A stretch of DNA of 64,000 nt, from contig CBFFRP010000376.1 in the NCBI GenBank assembly GCA_965644295.1, positions 124,001-188,000 of the forward strand, given 5' to 3'. Shown piece by piece: positions 61,001 through 64,000 of this stretch; position 1 is the stretch's first letter, and each line of letters opens with the position of its first letter. A model generated the notes under the pieces. It searched no databases. It worked only from the letters and a program-made list of their open reading frames with translations, and was not told the origin of the DNA. This stretch comes from Paraphysomonas bandaiensis. Its lineage: Eukaryota > Protista > Chrysophyceae. The position numbers and the translations under genes are program-made.

Positions 61001-64000
61001 GCTGCGAATACTTCACGTTATTACAGATCATACAATGACCTCAATCGCGCCGCGGCTAAGGAAAAGCGACGTCATTTAGATACCACCAAGTCAACACCCC
61101 GTCATGCACGACAGCTTAATCATACTGGAACTGCTGGTAGCAGTGGAGCTCAGGCAGCATCATTGGGAGCATCTGCCGCTGCTGTTGGCTTCGTGTCGAA
61201 AGTGCGGTCTTACGGTTACCTCATACTACGCGCCAGGTGCCGCCTTGCTGCTGATGATCCCGAATGGGCTCTTCATTGGCTGCAAATTGCTCTTGCAGTA
61301 TGTCCAAAAGGTAAGTGGGATAAACGGGCAGACATTCGGTATTTGAATGGTAGAGCATATGGGAAGCTCTGTATGCGTTGTCGAGCCACAGATGCGTGGG
61401 GAAGAGGGGATACAAAGCTAATGGAGCGAGAGTCCACTCTCGCTTCACTTGCTGAATCAGAATTCAGAGCTTGTTGGACTCTATGCAAAAAGTACACGGA
61501 CAATATCATCAAACAAACGAAGGCGATGAATAGGATCGTGGAGCTGCATGTGTCCCGACTATTCAATGAAATTGCGGTGGAGAAATCAGTAACACTCACG
61601 GATGCGCTGGATGGCAAAGCTGAAAGTCTTCTTCGATCAATGGATGGTCTGAGTCGCATGTCGATGCAGTTGGTAGGAGATGTTGGGGCGCCCCTTGAAC
61701 TAATACGCAGCCTCGTCAATTGCTGTGAACTCTCCTGGCTTTTAGGTAACCCACAGCTGGCGTTCAGTGCGTGGTGCGAGGCCAAAGCCCTCCTAATGCA
61801 TACTTTTTTGCAGCCTGTCACTCCAATTTCTCTGAGCCCATTCAGTCGACTTAGTCTATCATCGCCGAGGTCGAAAGTATCGCAGTCGATGGCAGATGCA
61901 GATAGCCCTCTTAGGGATATTCCCGTTGCTCCTATACCGTTCCCTCCTGGTATGGTGCTGAGGGTGTATGATCTTTTGACCCGTATCGTGCGGCTTGCCT
62001 TTGTTATCGAGCCGTGCCCACTATCTAATAATGGCGGTGCACTTATCGCATCGTGGATGCGGTTTAATCACGCTACCGCGCATTGTGTGACTCCTCTCTT
62101 TAGCGATAGCCACAAGCTGCACCGTACACTCGACAGCTTTGATTCTGTTTTTAATAGTGCTGTAAAGCCAAATGCGGCGACGAGAGCATCGCCTGTGGGA
62201 AGTATGTTTGCTTTTGCAGACGGGAATCCCTCGAGACCTTCCTTGTTATTAAGGGTATTTGGTTTGGAGAATGACATCGAAACCGCCCTGTCTGCACGGA
62301 AAATGCAGCGCAAAAAGGACGCGTGGCTTAAATCACATAAACCAATAGCTCTAGAGTACAATCACCTTCGGGTTATGCTGCGGCGAGCTGTAATTCCCAA
62401 TGGAATGAGGCTGGCAAAGAGTATTCCGAAGTTGACTGGTGCTATATTCAACGAGCCTTTGTTGTACATTCCCCAGGTACAACATGGATATAGATTAAGT
62501 AGATCTGACTTTCGTGTTGTAGGATGAAGCAAACTTATCTGAGATATTTAAGCACCTGAAAATACGAAGGAATAAAGTGGACGGCGGTTTTAGTACCAGA
62601 AAACAATTTTCTCGACGTTCTTTACCTGAGACTTCAGCGTATACGGGTTCGGATGCAGATGAGAGTTCTTCCCATGATCCTTCTAGCGAGTATGATATTG
62701 AGGACGCATTGTCTGAGGGAGTATTGGAGTATGTAATAGCTGCTGCAAATATCCTGTTTCCATTTGAAATCATTAGAAAAGCGATGTCCATAGATTATGG
62801 CATGGAAGGATCTTCTTCAGAAGGTGTGCTCGTCAGTGAATAAAAACTTGCATTGTTTTTGAAGTGTAATGAGTAGGTATGGAGGCAGCGGAGATTGTAA
62901 TGTCGTGCCTACGCGAGTCGGCAAAGTCGGGTTTACTCCACCCGTCTGGCAAGGAAGCTGCTTACGTTAAATCAAGATCCACTGCTCCAGGAATCACCAT
63001 GACCTCCGAAGGGTATTTTGTTGAGGGGATGTACGACTATAGGTAAACTATATGATTCATCGTGTGAAGTTATTATTTGATGTTGTCGTAGCGACGCGGA
63101 GAAAATTGCACAAAAGCGCCTGGGTAAGCCTGGATTTGTGCATACCGATTTACTGGCGTTGCTGCGTCATGTAAATAAAATATATCCTCCCTGGATCGAT
63201 GATAGTGATTCACCCAGAAGCCACAAAGCTGCTTCGGTAGACACGACAGGTATGATTATATGTCATGTCAACAAGTGTTTACAGTATGTTCAGACCTTGA
63301 AAACACTATTGATTGTGATACTATTGATAACTACTCTGCACTTGTCGGTGCCTCTCCAAATAAAGTCAGACTCAAGGTAATAAATCTAATAGAAATTGAT
63401 ATTGCAGCATGCTTAAGTACTTTCAGGTTTTGTTTTTGCGGCTTAAAGTGTATAAAAATCAGTATATTGAGGGCCATTTAACTCTAACAGAGTACTATAA
63501 GAGGAATATGGAAACAATGAAAAAAATTGTACAGAGTATGAGCTGTGTCTCTGATCTTAACAGGCGTTCATCGTCACCAGATTCATCTGCCAGTGCACTG
63601 GATAGTCTTTCGAGTAAGGCTTTTTTGTTTATCAATTACGTGCATTCATATATCATTATTTCCAGACGCGAAAGAAAGTACCAAAAGTCGTAGAGCACCT
63701 CCAATGTCTCCTATTAACGAGGTATGGGTAAAGTAATCCTTGAAATATTTACAAGTCATACACACACGTAGGTGGGTGCTTCTCCTAGTCTTCGGAGAAT
63801 GATATCGCTCCAAAGTTCTTCGTCTAGTCAAGAAGCCAACCAATCAAGATTACGTTCTCAATCGATTGAGCATCTAAATGCTTTGGCATCGTTGTCAGAC
63901 AATCCTGTCAATTACCCACCATCATTTAGATTTGTGGTGTACATTGATAATGCGTTGTTTTTGTACACCCCATTGAAAGACACCACAGCTGTTGCAATAC
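58043..64000 (+). CDS. Very large uncharacterised helical-repeat (TPR-like) protein; continues past the window end
   Basis: 1494-codon ORF followed by further GT-AG-bounded exons. Acidic EDW/DDW motifs at the N-terminus. TPR-like helices (AIDLCLSLLK, MSKCYLKLRQL..C, ADIRYLNGRAY). Confidence 0.8.

Noticed and set aside
1-64000. CRISPR arrays, rRNA, tRNA, alternative genetic code, non-canonical introns
   Set aside because: I saw no repeat-spacer array or structural RNA gene. Conserved genes translate with the standard code, and the introns I traced are GT-AG.

Overview
This is gene-dense eukaryotic nuclear DNA with many short (~45-60 bp) GT-AG introns. IFT46 and the transposon relics suggest a flagellated protist, probably a stramenopile; that assignment is inference. 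I identify 21 protein-coding genes: an LRR/EF-hand protein, an ankyrin protein, VAC14, pICln, CSN7, a PH/EF-hand protein, RtcA, SERINC, a bacterial-like secreted protein, an ELAV-like RRM protein, PRORP, a membrane protein, Misato, IFT46, an Mpv17/PMP22 protein, a 2H phosphoesterase, a GT60 GlcNAc-transferase, RabGGTase alpha, UTP23 and two uncharacterised proteins. They are mostly arranged as head-to-head pairs. The spacers downstream of genes hold about 15 pieces of one retroposon superfamily. It includes two LINE-like 3' ends (types A and B, both with PKGRPPD near the ORF end) and a ~0.5 kb non-coding element (type C). All types share a covarying GNRA hairpin and a TAATAATCAGACATTCA-like terminus. 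The 5' end of type C reads as an HDV-like ribozyme, and this is the best candidate for an undescribed system. Also present are a 472-bp near-perfect inverted repeat built on type C, head-to-head fused retroposon pairs, two hAT/BED transposase relics, two MITEs and a perfect (CATA)~105 tract in a bidirectional promoter. Exon boundaries and alignments were read by eye and are approximate.
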